From Paraspadella gotoi (lineage: Eukaryota > Animalia > Chaetognatha), in the NCBI GenBank assembly GCA_051294375.1, contig CM119263.1, forward strand, positions 7,208,494 to 7,272,493: a stretch of 64,000 bases of DNA, in the 5' to 3' direction. The position numbers and the translations under genes are program-made. This document shows, in pieces, positions 13,651-25,400 of the stretch. Positions within the stretch are counted from its first letter, which is position 1. Each line of letters begins with the position of its first letter. Below the pieces are notes generated by a model. That model did not search any database and was not told where the DNA came from. It saw only the letters and a list, made by a program, of their open reading frames with translations.

Positions 13651-13703
13651 GTCACGTGATTTGGCTTTCCGCGTCACGTGATTTCCCTTTTCGATCACGT
13701 GAC
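13651..13703. promoter_or_regulatory. Cluster of three TCACGTGA E-boxes (CLEAR/USF/MITF-TFE-type)
   Basis: GTCACGTGAT (13651), GTCACGTGAT (13673), ATCACGTGAC (13694). The cores start 22 and 21 bp apart. Confidence 0.55.
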
Positions 13704-14047
13704 CTCGCGGCTCCAGACGAGGGACTCTGTCGCGATAGTTCTCGTCTTAGATCGGTCGTGCCCGCTGCTCCAGAAAAAGACGATTTCGCCAACTCGAAAT
13801 TTTCTTTCCAGGTCTCGAACTCGCGCTCTCGCCTCGCTTGACATTTCGCCCTCACTTTAGTCTTTGGGCCTCGAGACTCCGGGCTTAATCGACAAAAGAA
13901 AAAAAAAGAGAGGGCCGTTGTTGTTGTAGTTGTTGTTGTTGTCGTCTAAGTCTTCTTTGATCTTGTAAATCTCCTTAGTTGTTGTGGTCGTCGTCATCTT
14001 CATCTTCGTTGTCGTCAATTTCGATTTCTTAGTTGCATGAATGACAT

Positions 14048-14441
14048 GCCTGTCCAAAGTCAGGGGCAAGATAGCTTATTTATTATATCAATGGATAATT
14101 TTTATATTTGTTGTACTACTTTCATAAAATTCAGCTCCTTGTATTTTGATGCTGGGCGGAGTATTCCCTGATCTAATACTTAAAAGAGTGGTCTTTTCAT
14201 ACAATTGAAACATTCTTTGAAACATTACACCACTTCATTGATATGGAAGCCAGGTACTCTGGGAGTGAATAAATAAGACTGTGAGAGAGTCTTGATTGAA
14301 AGCTTGCAGGGACCTGCTATGTCATTATCTTGTAAGAGTGATGGATACCTTAAACCACCAAAGCCTGTCCAAAGTCAGGGGCAAGATAGCTTATTTATTA
14401 AATGAATGGATAATGTTTATATTGGTTGTACCAATTTCATA
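14048..14441 (+). repeat. ~79-bp direct repeat with a 315-bp period in a CpG-poor segment
   Basis: GCCTGTCCAAAGTCAGGGGCAAGATAGCTTATTTATTA is identical at 14048 and 14363. The next ~40 bp differ only by substitutions. Confidence 0.9.
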
Positions 14442-14742
14442 CATACATTGTATGTATCGCGCAAACTCCATGTGCTCTTAAGGTCGACAGTCGATCTAGC
14501 TATTTGTCACCAGTTGTAATCAGGTCGTCATAACATTCACTTCACTTCTCTCCCGTTTTCTCGCTCACACATTTCCGTTTCCGCGTTTCACAGAATTTTG
14601 CCGCAATTGAGATAAATTTTCCGTGAAATTTTCTCACGTATACAAACTGTAAAGTTTTAACGTCGTCTTATTTTCCCGCTTTAAACGTAATATTCAACCG
14701 TTTTTTTATATTTTAAAAAATGAACAAACTCCTATCACTCAC

Positions 14743-16556
14743 CGACGCCACGTGGAATTCTCGGCGCTATTTTCCGTCGGCGTCTCTATCCCGGTGTTGT
14801 TATCGGCGCCGAGATTCGATCGGCGTCGCCAAGGTTGAGGCGTGGTCATCGATCTGAGCGACGTTGAGCGACGCGATGTCGAAACTCGAAGCGATAGAAG
14901 GCCGAGCGTCGCCGCGGGAGGGCGCGCCGCTAAGCTTTGCTTTGACGTCGGCGTCGGCGTCGTCGTCTTCTTTTTTCGCTCCGAATCCGAATTGGGATGC
15001 ATGGGACGCGAAGGAAAAGACGCGGCGCCGGCGACATAATTCACCCGGTCGGCGGCGGCAGCCGCGGCGGCGACGGAGACCGCAGCAACGTCAGACGTGG
15101 CGCCGGCACCTGCGGACGCCATTGACGCGACGGCCAACCACAACAGCGCCGCCTGCCATCGAAGAAAAGAATTCGAACGAAATAAAAAGAGAAACAAGCG
15201 GAGAAAGACGACGACCAGGGGCGACGATGACAGCGACGACGACGATGACGACGACGACGAAAAAGAAGAAGTTAAATCCGTTGTTTCTCGATTCCTCGAA
15301 GGACGAATATTTATTTTTCGGAATCTCGATGCGGATTTTGGGCTTAAAAGCTTCCTGCTTTCGACGGCGGCGTCGTTGGTGGCATTGGCGGCGTCGGCGG
15401 TGTCTTCGGCGTCGGCGGCGTCGTAATTGGAGCCGCTTACACCGGCGTCGGCATCGGCGTCGGCGTTCCCGGTGGAGCAGAGAGAAGCGGATCCGTGTTT
15501 AATCCAGTTTTTAGCGAATCGACGCGGAGATCGAGACGAATAGAGATGGAGTCGAGGAAAAGTAGGGCGGAGAAGAGAGAGAGGGAATGAGGAAGGAGAG
15601 AGAGGGAGGCGATGCGGGAGAGAGCGAGAGGTTGGGTCAGCGAGAAACAACGGGTGAGTCCGACGAAACGAATCGCGGAGCCAAGTTGGGAAGGGATCTT
15701 TGCTGGAGTTTAAACGAGAAGCGAGGTGAGGGGAAGAGAGGCGAGTGGCAGGGTGAGGGATTGCGGCGGCAGGGTAAGGGCGGTGGCGTGGATGACGTGA
15801 ACGAGGATGACGATGAACGAGGGAGGAGGAGGAGGAGAGGGAGAGAGAGGGAGTGTGGGAAGAGAGAGAGGGAGTGAAGGAGGAAAATTCGCGCCGTTTC
15901 TTCGAATTAAAATCGAGAGACGAAATCGAATGAGATGCGAAATGTAAATCGGGATCACGTGACCACGAACGACGATAACGACGAAAGAGACGATTCGTCG
16001 AAAAAAGGCGACAATGAAATTCACGATTCGAAAACGAGGTTGATGAAGACGATGACGACGACGGGTACGAAAGGGTTTGAATCCTTAGAAGAGGGCCTTC
16101 GATATCCCGCGGGCGGCGAAAGAGAAATTGAGTCGTAGAAGTTTCGATAGAATCAATATCCGATTTCAGATTGCATAGTTGTTGTTGTTGTCGTTGTGAG
16201 ATCGTCATCGCGATTGGATGAGAATTTCCTGGACCGGATAGAGCGTCCAATTCGGCGCCGGATTGCCGTTTACCGGCGTCGACACCGCTGATGTTCGACG
16301 GCGCCGCAATCTTGCAAAACGCCCGCGGTCCCGTCGAATCATCCGTTTGATTTTCCGGCGCCGAAAAATTGGGCGAAGACGAACGCTGATTGGATGAGAC
16401 GCAACGATTGACCGATAACGAGTGTCGATTGGTTAAGATGCTACAATTGACCGATGACGGATTCTGATTGGCCGAGGTCTTACAACGGCCCGATGACGGG
16501 TCCTGATTGGCCGATTCCTCGAGCGACGGCGTCGACGTGGAGAAATCTCGTGGCAT
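14743..16556 (-). CDS. Putative first coding exon of an uncharacterised low-complexity protein (Ser/Arg/Ala-rich, with an internal hydrophobic segment)
   Basis: Lies within the 717-aa open frame 14739..16892. The first in-frame ATG is at 16556 in the context AAAG-ATG (A at -3). The frame ends at a consensus donor CG|GTGAGT (intron starts 14742, phase 2). Hydrophobic stretch PLVVVFLRLFLFLF...WQAALLWLAVASMASAGAG at about 15100-15225. No recognisable domain, and the true start is uncertain. Confidence 0.6.
16350..16515 (-). repeat. 39-bp (13-codon) tandem repeat in which each unit carries a CCAAT box
   Basis: ATTGG at 16389, 16428, 16467 and 16506 (exact 39-bp spacing). Translates as ESANQDPSSGRCK / TSANQNPSSVNCS / ILTNRHSLSVNRC / VSSNQRSSSPNFS, with a degenerate fifth unit (APENQ). 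Confidence 0.8.
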
Positions 16557-16658
16557 CTTTAGAAATAAATCTCTGTCAAGAGAATAGGACCGGGTAGGGA
16601 GGGGGGAGGAGATGAAAATGATGTGGGAGGGAGGGGTAAAAAGAGTGAGAGAATCGCG

Positions 16659-16663
<5 letters not shown>

Positions 16664-16740
<77 letters not shown>
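16664..16740. repeat. (GA)n microsatellite, probably in the 5' UTR or upstream region of the minus-strand gene
   Basis: Perfect GA run upstream of the ATG at 16556. Confidence 0.95.
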
Positions 16741-16746
<6 letters not shown>

Positions 16747-17525
16747 CGATGATAGATCGAAACCGACGATAAAAATGAGGGCAAAGAAAGAAAAAAAAAA
16801 TCTGAAAAACGAAAAAAGAAAGAAAAAAGAAAGAAAGAAGAAAGAAAGGTGGAGAGAAGTAGCGTGGAAAAAAAATGAGGAGTATCTGACACGACCCAGA
16901 AGGGCGAGGAAAAGTGGAGGAAGGGAAAGAGGACACGGGGAGTAGGGAAGGTAGAAAAAGGAGGAAAAGAAGAAAGAGGAAGGAAGAAGAAAAAGAGAAA
17001 AAGAAAAGAGAGGGCGGGAAAGAAGAGGAAGGAGAAATTAAGCAGAGAGGGAGAAGTGACAAAGGAAAGTGGAGGAAAGATTTAAGAAAGGAAAGAACTA
17101 AAGAGAGAAATAAGAAAGAAGAATAAAGGATAAAAAACAAAGAAAGCAATGAGAAAGGATTGAAAGAAAAAGAAAAAAGATAATGATGAAAACATAAAAA
17201 AATGAAGAAAAACAAATTAAAGGCAAAAGGAAACGCGAAAGAAGAGCGAGGGTGAAAAGAAAAATGAAGAAACGAGTTTGATCTTTCATCTTAGTCAGAA
17301 AAAGTTCGAGTCGTATAATTATCTTTTTCCTAATGTTTTTTGGTTTCGAATATATAAAACATTAAAATACATAGGAGTTTTTTTCGTCTAAGAAAACTTT
17401 TATATCAGAGATCATAACGTTTTTTTTAATGAAGAATTTGATTTTGTCGAACGAGACTTCGTAGGAAATTATAAGATAATAAATTCCATTCTGCATTTTT
17501 TATAATGTCAAATGCTGGTGCCGAC

Positions 17526-17632
<107 letters not shown>

Positions 17633-17829
17633 GAATAAAGAAAGATTCTAAGATAGAAGGAAACTTAATGTGAGCGTCCCACAATAAAAATTTAAAAATT
17701 TAAAATGAATGTTTTAATTTTTAATTTGAATTAAAGTTAGAACGCAGTTTCTTGAGTAAGGAAATATTACATCGCTGTTTAAACTTTTTACTTAAAAATA
17801 TATTCAAGGTATAAAAATAATTAAGAAAC

Positions 17830-17949
17830 AAACTTTAAATTTCGTTTAACTTTTTTTTAACAATTTTTTTTAACAAATTTTTTTTTAACAAATTTTTTAA
17901 TAAATTGTTTTTTGTCCCAAATTTCAAAACGCAACGAAATTCATAGTTT
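17830..17949. repeat. Short inverted repeats enclosing tandem T-rich TTTTTTAACAA units (possible MITE relic)
   Basis: AAACTTTAAATTTCGTT vs AACGAAATTCATAGTTT (15/17 inverted match). Confidence 0.4.
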
Positions 17950-18236
17950 ATACACAACAATTTTTTTTAAAAAATGCCCGTTTATCTGAGAAAGTCCATT
18001 AGCTCATCGCCTATCGTCGCTTAAACTTATTGAACAAATGGAATCTCACAAATTCACAATATGTTTTAGATTTGAAGAAATTTATTATCCACAGGAGAAA
18101 AATTCATTTCGATTAAGAATTTAGAAAAAGAAAAAAAATTTCATCGATTTTTTAGCAAAACCTGGAAAAAATACCATCCGTTTTGATATAAAGTTCCATT
18201 ACTACGAAAAGGGGTAAATTGTTAAGAGAGAGAGAT

Positions 18237-18298
<62 letters not shown>

Positions 18299-18650
18299 GA
18301 AGACGGAGGAACGAGAAAAGTAGAGAGAGAGTTCGTCTTCTCGTGCGTGAGCGTGAGAGGAGGAAGATGAAGAGGAGGATGAAGAAGAGGAGGAACCGAA
18401 GGAGGAGGAGGAGGAGGAGGCTGAAAAGGTGAGGCAAAACAGAGTGGAGGAAAAGCAGAAGGAAAAACAAGGTGGAGGGCACGAGGAAACAGAATGAGAG
18501 ACCGGAGCGAAAGAGAGAGCGAGAGGGTGGGGGAGGAGGAAGGAGGGGGAGGAAGAGGAGGAGGAGCCGAAAGGAGGACCGACATAAAGATGCATAAAGA
18601 TAAGACGCGAGGCTAAAGCGTAGTGCAATCTCGGTAGAGGGAACCGGGAG

Positions 18651-18738
18651 GGGTGAGGAAAAGGGGGAGGTGAGGTAAGGCCATAGAAAAAAAGGGGAGG
18701 TGAGGAAAAGGGGGAGGTGAGGTAAGGCCATAGAAAAG
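18651..18738 (+). repeat. Two-copy ~46-bp tandem repeat
   Basis: GGTGAGGAAAAGGGGGAGGTGAGGTAAGGCCATAGAAAA occurs twice. Confidence 0.9.
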
Positions 18739-20907
18739 ATGGAAACCAATGGAGAGTAGTATTTTGAAATGAATGAAAGAGAGAAGACAAATGTGGATGA
18801 AAGGTAAGAGATAAGATGGGACATTAGCGGGTAGACTTGGGAAGAAAGGAAGAAAGGAGGAATGAAGATAAAGATCCGTGGTAAAAATTTAGTTTTAAAA
18901 AAAGGAGAAAGATGCAAGAGGAACTAAGAGGATTTAAGAAAAACATAAGGCGAAAATCAAAATGATAAATTGAAAGGAAAATATTATCCGGTTTATTGAT
19001 CTATTGGAATATATGATTATGATGATAATAATAATAATTCAAGTGTCTGAGAGAGAAAATACTAGGCCGGAAATGAAAAAAGGCCGGATGAGGTCATAAA
19101 GTAAATAAACATAATGAGATATAAACATAATGAGGTAAATAAACAGACTCGAATGAATAAAAACCTCGTTTCCCCGCGAGATGAGACGTTTTTCCAAAAG
19201 ATGACGCCGCGTCTCCCGCCCCAAAAAAACCTCGTTCGACCCTTCGCTTCCCAATTTGCCAAACTATTGCGTCTTCGTAATAACGTCTGCTTCCGTCATA
19301 TTTGGCGTCTAACAATGTTTTTTGTTTACTTTCCTACTATCCGTCCATCTTTCCCTTTTCGGTCTCGGATATAGATGAAATTTTTTTTTTAGACTTTCCC
19401 TTCTCTTTTTTTCTCGTTGTTTTTTTTATAGTAAATTAACAAAATCATTATAAAATTAATAAAACCATTATGAAAATTATCCGTTCCATAAATAAACCCT
19501 GACTTTGCAAAATGGACACTTTGGACAGGTTATGTTTGCTTGAAGCTTCAGCTTCAATTTCAATTTAAAAAAATAGCAAAACCTTACGAATAATCAGAAC
19601 ACACTCACAGTTTAGTTTATTAACTATTATCATTGTATTTTTAAAATTGTTTCTCAGTTAAGTCTAGTTTAAGAAACCTTTTTATAATTTTTAAATCATA
19701 TCTTCCTTATCATTCTTACTGGAAAACATCATGTAATTACTCCGTCGGTCCCCTGGGCCTGTCACGCCTATTCCACGTTCCACCCCCGCGGGGGAAAGTC
19801 CTTCTGGAGAAAAACCCAAAATATCTCTTCCGATCTCCCATCTTCTTTTCCCTTCGCTCTCTCATTTTTTTCGCAATCGGATGACGAAGAGAGAGAGGGA
19901 GGGAGGAGAGAGAGAGAGAGAGAGAGATGAAGAGAGCATATGAGTCGGAGAGACGAGATAAGGAGAAGAGAACATGGAGAGGGGAGAGAAGAGAGAGAGA
20001 GAGAGAGAGCGAACGAATGCCAGGGAGAGCCCCTACTCATAAGTGGTTAAATAGACCCCGGTACTATAGGGTATTCGAGATGCCGTAAACGGTGGGAAAA
20101 AATACTGTAAAAGGTGGAAGAGAACGAGACGTGACATGATATTTTTTCGGTTGATGGCGCCACTCGAAAAATGGGTTTGGGTTCCCAGAGAAAAGAAGAG
20201 TCACCGAAGCGAATCGAAATTTTATCGATGCTTCGTGATTGTTTTTCTTTTTTCTTTTTCTTTTTCTTTTTTTTTCTTTTTCTTTTTCTTTTTCTTTTTT
20301 CTTTTTTCTTTTTTTTTCTTTTTTGTTCTCTTATTTGATTTCTTTCTTTCTTTCCGTTGACCGCTGGGAGGTTACGGCGTTTACAATAAAATACGAAACT
20401 AAAAAGATTTAAATCTGATGACTTTTTATCGAAGTTTTTCACAATATACTCATTCCAAAAAAGCCGAATTTAAAATATTGCCCAATTTTTGAATACATTT
20501 TCAACAATCAATATTAAAATTATATTCATTCATTCAAAATACGAGGTTCCTTGCCTCTTAGTTGACTAGCATAGGCTCAGGCCTCCACCCCTCTTACACG
20601 ATAATAACCTAGCATGAATCTGCACTATTTTACTTTTTGTAAAGCAACAAGTACACAAATGAAAATTTCTTAAAAGGTGAGATTTTTCTTGCATCTCCCT
20701 ATCGCTGTATTTAATTTGATTGTAAAATTCTTTTTTCATCCTTCCAGAATTTTTTTCCAAGACTTTCTGATCCTTTGATCCTCAAGACCGGAAATGCTTA
20801 CGATACTTTTTTCTTCCTTTGGTTTTTATTCTCTATCGATTTTTTAGTCTCAGTTGAGGAAGAGTTATGGAACCCGTTATTCCACTCGTCCACGACCAGT
20901 TGACTGT

Positions 20908-20945
<38 letters not shown>

Positions 20946-21056
20946 CTCTCTCTCTCTCTCTGTCTCTTTGTTTGTTAAAATTCCATTATTTTTTATGAGC
21001 CGTATAATAAAGGTTATCCCTTTTTTAAGACCTTTCTCCAGAGCTAATCTCACCAG

Positions 21057-21119
<63 letters not shown>

Positions 21120-21594
21120 CTGTCTTTACTTTATTTCTCCTTTCGTCGCCTCAGCGTCAAAAGACTCGGTGACCCAAAGTTAAAGCCTGACCCCAAAAAA
21201 TGGTAGAGAAAAAAAAGAGGTACAAAAAAAAAAAGAGAGAGCGAAAAGATAAAATACAGAATTTAAAGAAGAAAGAAAGAAAAAAAAAAAGAAAAAAACA
21301 AAGAAAGAAAAAAAGAAAAAAAGAAAAAAAGAAAAAAAGAAAAAAAGAAAAAAAGAAAAAGAAAAAAGAAAAAAGAAAAAAAGAAAAAAAGAAAGAAAGA
21401 ATGAAAGAAAATTAAAAAAAATGAGAAAATATAAAATTATAAAAATAAAGAAAGATATAAATAAACAACAGAAAGAAATAAAGAACTCAAAACTTTTAAA
21501 TTTTTGTTGCGAAAATGCAGAGTCAAAAGCTAATTCCAGCCAAAAAACGTTTGTCAAGTTGAAGACTGACAAAGAAATAAGCATTTTGCTTTCC

Positions 21595-21627
21595 GACGAC
21601 AACGACAACGACGACGACGACGACGAC

Positions 21628-21669
<42 letters not shown>

Positions 21670-21720
21670 AACCACACCGAGAAAGAAACAGAATGACGAT
21701 CACGATGGCGACCCTTTATC

Positions 21721-21777
<57 letters not shown>

Positions 21778-21779
21778 TT

Positions 21780-21823
<44 letters not shown>

Positions 21824-21845
21824 ATAATAGTATTAGTAGTAATAA
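21595..21845. repeat. (GAC)n-(GAT)n and (AGT)n microsatellites
   Basis: Directly visible. An error-degraded second copy is at about 31640-31950. Confidence 0.97.
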
Positions 21846-22333
21846 CATAGTTTTAGGGAATTTAAAAAAAATTATCTATGAGCTAAATGCTCTGAGCTTT
21901 GGTCGAAAGATTCGCCGAAGCTCGAGAGAAATCCTATAATGAAAGAGAGAAAGCGATGGGCAATCAACGTTCAATAATTTTTGGCAGAAGTTAGCAAGGA
22001 TAATTTTTTAATTAAACTAATTGACGTATGAATTATAAAAACAAATTTAGAGTATTTCATTATGAAAGTTATTTAGGTATTTATGAAGTTAACAATATAT
22101 ACTTTTTATCAAATAGTTAAAAAATTTGATTAAGTTTCAATTAGTAATTCATTTATTTAATAAACTAACCGACCGAAAAGTGATCAGCGGCCAGTGGACG
22201 AAAAGACAAAACGCTTTCTCTTTTTCTCTTATTTCGTGGTCAGCGATCGGAGTGGCCCTCCAAGACCGAGCCTTAACAGCTTTGCTCTTTAACAGGGGAA
22301 AGGGCGGTGAAAGGAAAAAAGAGAGTAATAAAT

Positions 22334-22407
<74 letters not shown>

Positions 22408-25400
22408 TCTCTGGTCTCCAACTAAAAATACGTAGATAGTATTTTGTAATCTGCCGTAATATTTATATATTTAGAATTTATTTACTAATTCAAACTTTAC
22501 ATTACTTCTGATAAAAATTGTTCGCTTCTTTAAAAATAATTAAACTTAAACAATAAACAATCGAACATACATGCGAAGTACTTCGCTTTCCTCACCTAAT
22601 TTCCCTCTCCTTTTTTTTCTTCCTTTTTTTTCTCTCTCCTTTCACTTTCCCTTTTTTTTTCTCCTTCTCGTCGACATTTTTCCCTTTTCCCCCTTTGTTG
22701 CTCTTTTGTTGGTCTCCGCCCGAATTCCTCGCGAATTCCCCCGGGATCTTCGGAGGCTAAAATTGCGGCGCTCTTATCACCTGCTTTGACGACGACGACG
22801 ACGACGACACCCAAAACAACGACGACGGCGTTTCCCGCTAAACATAAGGTCGGTCGGTCTCTTCCTCACCCACCTTGTTTAACCTTCACCCTTTTTACTG
22901 ACCTTAATTTTTTTATTCCTTTCCACTTTTTTTTCCTTAAACAATATTCTGCGTCTCAGTCTTTTTATTTTGTCCAACCTTGATCTCAAGCAATTCCACC
23001 TCCAGCTTAACAAAACTTACCAGAAACAGACCCGAAACTCACTCAACGACTTTCAATCTTCACGCTTAAAAACTTCAGATCATTTTCTCGGCGAAAATTT
23101 TAACCTCGCAAAAATAAAACTAATAAAACAATGCGGCTAACCTTATTTTAATAATCTTTTTAGCTGTTTTAAAATTTGAATTAAATAGTTACGTATACGA
23201 AATATAGTAGAATTTCATCACTGTCCAGTGTCCAGTGTCCATTATCCGCATTTCGCATCGACCAACACGTTAAACAACCAAACGCAAGAACGTAATATAA
23301 CCTCTTTAAGAGTCGTATCGACGCATCCGAAAAAAAAATGGCAAATTTTGCTTTCAAAGCTTTTTCCTCAAGTATAAATAGAATTATTGCCAGTCTCCTC
23401 TCCCCCCTCCCCCAGCTTTGATATAAAATGATAAACAACGCGGTTTACTTTTTTAGGCCGGAAAAAGTGCCGAGCTTAATGGTTAAATCCCGAAAACCTA
23501 TTTTGGAGAATTTTCTTCACAGAATGAAACTATTTGAAAAAAGAAAAGCTACAATCTTTTTTTTTCCTTTCTACCATTGTCGTAATATTGATCGGGTGCA
23601 GAAACACTTGAGCATAATAGTTGTTATAGTTGTTCTAATGAGCATTTTTTTCAGCCTAATGAAGCCCTGATCCAAATAAAAGATCAAGAATTATTTTGGA
23701 TTACAAGAAAGGCCTGTAATGATAAAGGCTTGCAATAACAAATTTTTCGTTCTTTTTTCCTTCCCACTTTCTCGAACGCCCTCTTTTCCTTCCTCTCATT
23801 TCTCCTTTTCTATCCGGCGTCGCTCGACTCCCCTCAGTGACGATCCTTCACTCTTCTACTCAAATATTTAAACTCATTGAAAAACGTCGCGAGATTGAAA
23901 GATGAGAACATTTTTTGGCTGGGATCCCTTCACTCGTCGGCTACAGTTTCTCTCGAGGCCGTTTTCTTTCTCTGGAAAAAGAGAGAGGGGGGGCGAGGGG
24001 GGGCGGATTTTTTTTGATTGATGAGTCGGAAATCGAGTTTAAATATTTATTATTTTTCTTGGTCGATCTCTCTCTCTCTCTCTGGTGGTTCCGACGTTTG
24101 CCAAAACCGAAGAGACAAAAATTGTGGGGAGAATGAGACGTCGAATGAAGAGAAGACGGAAGCTGACGACAAGAAACAGACAACGAGACAAATAAGATAA
24201 ATATTTCGAATTTAAAAAAAATTGAATGTAATGTTCACACTGACACCTGACACCTTTTGAGGCAATCGACCGAGAAGGTTTGTGGGCTTTCACTTTTAGG
24301 TAGAGGCTTCTTAGAGATTTTTTTTTTTTTTTTTTTGAACGTCCTAACGTTTTTCCCGAAATTGTTTCTCTTTACGTAATCGCATTTATGCGATATAAAA
24401 ATTGTAACAACATTATGTATCTGGTTTAAATTGAAATGTAAAAACCTTTTTTTTTCTCACGGACACAATAAAAATTAATGATTGTTATTGCCAAGGAAAC
24501 TGACTAATTCGGATTTAAAGAAATTGAATTTTTATTATTGTACTGTAGCGGCACCGATGGCGACGGGGTTCAGCAGGGTTCGCCCCCACAAGAAAGGGCG
24601 ACGGGGCATCTAACCCAACTGTAGTGGCGGACTACAGCTCGCTCTGAAGTTGGGGACCTTGTGTGCAACGGACGGTAAACTGTTCACGGCATCGTCTTCC
24701 TCAATATGATAATTTCCGACAAGAGACGAAAGCACGTACATTTCACAGCATGCGCATTCCACATGAACTTTACGCGCACCAAAAAAAAAAGAGCTTTTTT
24801 TCTAATTCCTTAGTTTGCTCTCAGAGCTTCCGACGAAATTCCTCGAGGTCAGATGAGCAGAAAGACTTTTTAGTTGCGCCGCGAGTACTCGGGGAGCAAC
24901 TCTCTAAGTCACTTTTTGGTCGGTCGGTCCGTCGGTCCGTCGGTCTGTCCCACTTTCGTTAAAAATACATATAATTTGCCTGTAGTTGGTTGCTCACTTG
25001 TTAAGACAGAAAAAACCTCAATTCTAAGGGACTGCTAGTGCCGCCTTCAGGAATTCCTAGAACTATAAGGAATAAAAGACAGATTTTGATGCAGTGCTTG
25101 TCATAAATACACGGGCGAAGAAAGTTTTTTAGTCATTTCATGTCATGTCATGTGATATAATGTGATCAAAGGGAAATACGCGTGAAAATAAAATCACTGC
25201 GGCGCAACACATTGGAATCACCGTTCTTGTTTTTTCTACACAGCGACTTAAACTCCAATCATCTTTTTTTCGTCTTGATTTTTTTTCTTTCGCCTTTCAT
25301 CTCGTAAAACCTTGACCCGTCAGACTCTTGACTTTCCAATGTAAATAAGTTTCTCACTTCTTCTATAGATTTTTTTTTGTTGGTAAGATTCTTTTTTTTT

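Noticed and set aside
14048-14441. TRIM or mini-LTR retrotransposon
   Set aside because: No PBS, polypurine tract or target-site duplication, and the repeat boundaries do not match TG...CA.
21894-21936. Hairpin GAGCTTTGG...CCGAAGCTC as a Helitron 3' end
   Set aside because: Copy A has CTAT rather than CTRR after the hairpin, the CTAG in noisy copy B is not followed by T, and no 5' TC end is identifiable.
24163-24178. Hammerhead-like CTGACGA...GAAAC (similar cores at about 26865 and about 10650 on the minus strand)
   Set aside because: No stem II or flanking stems I/III can be formed.
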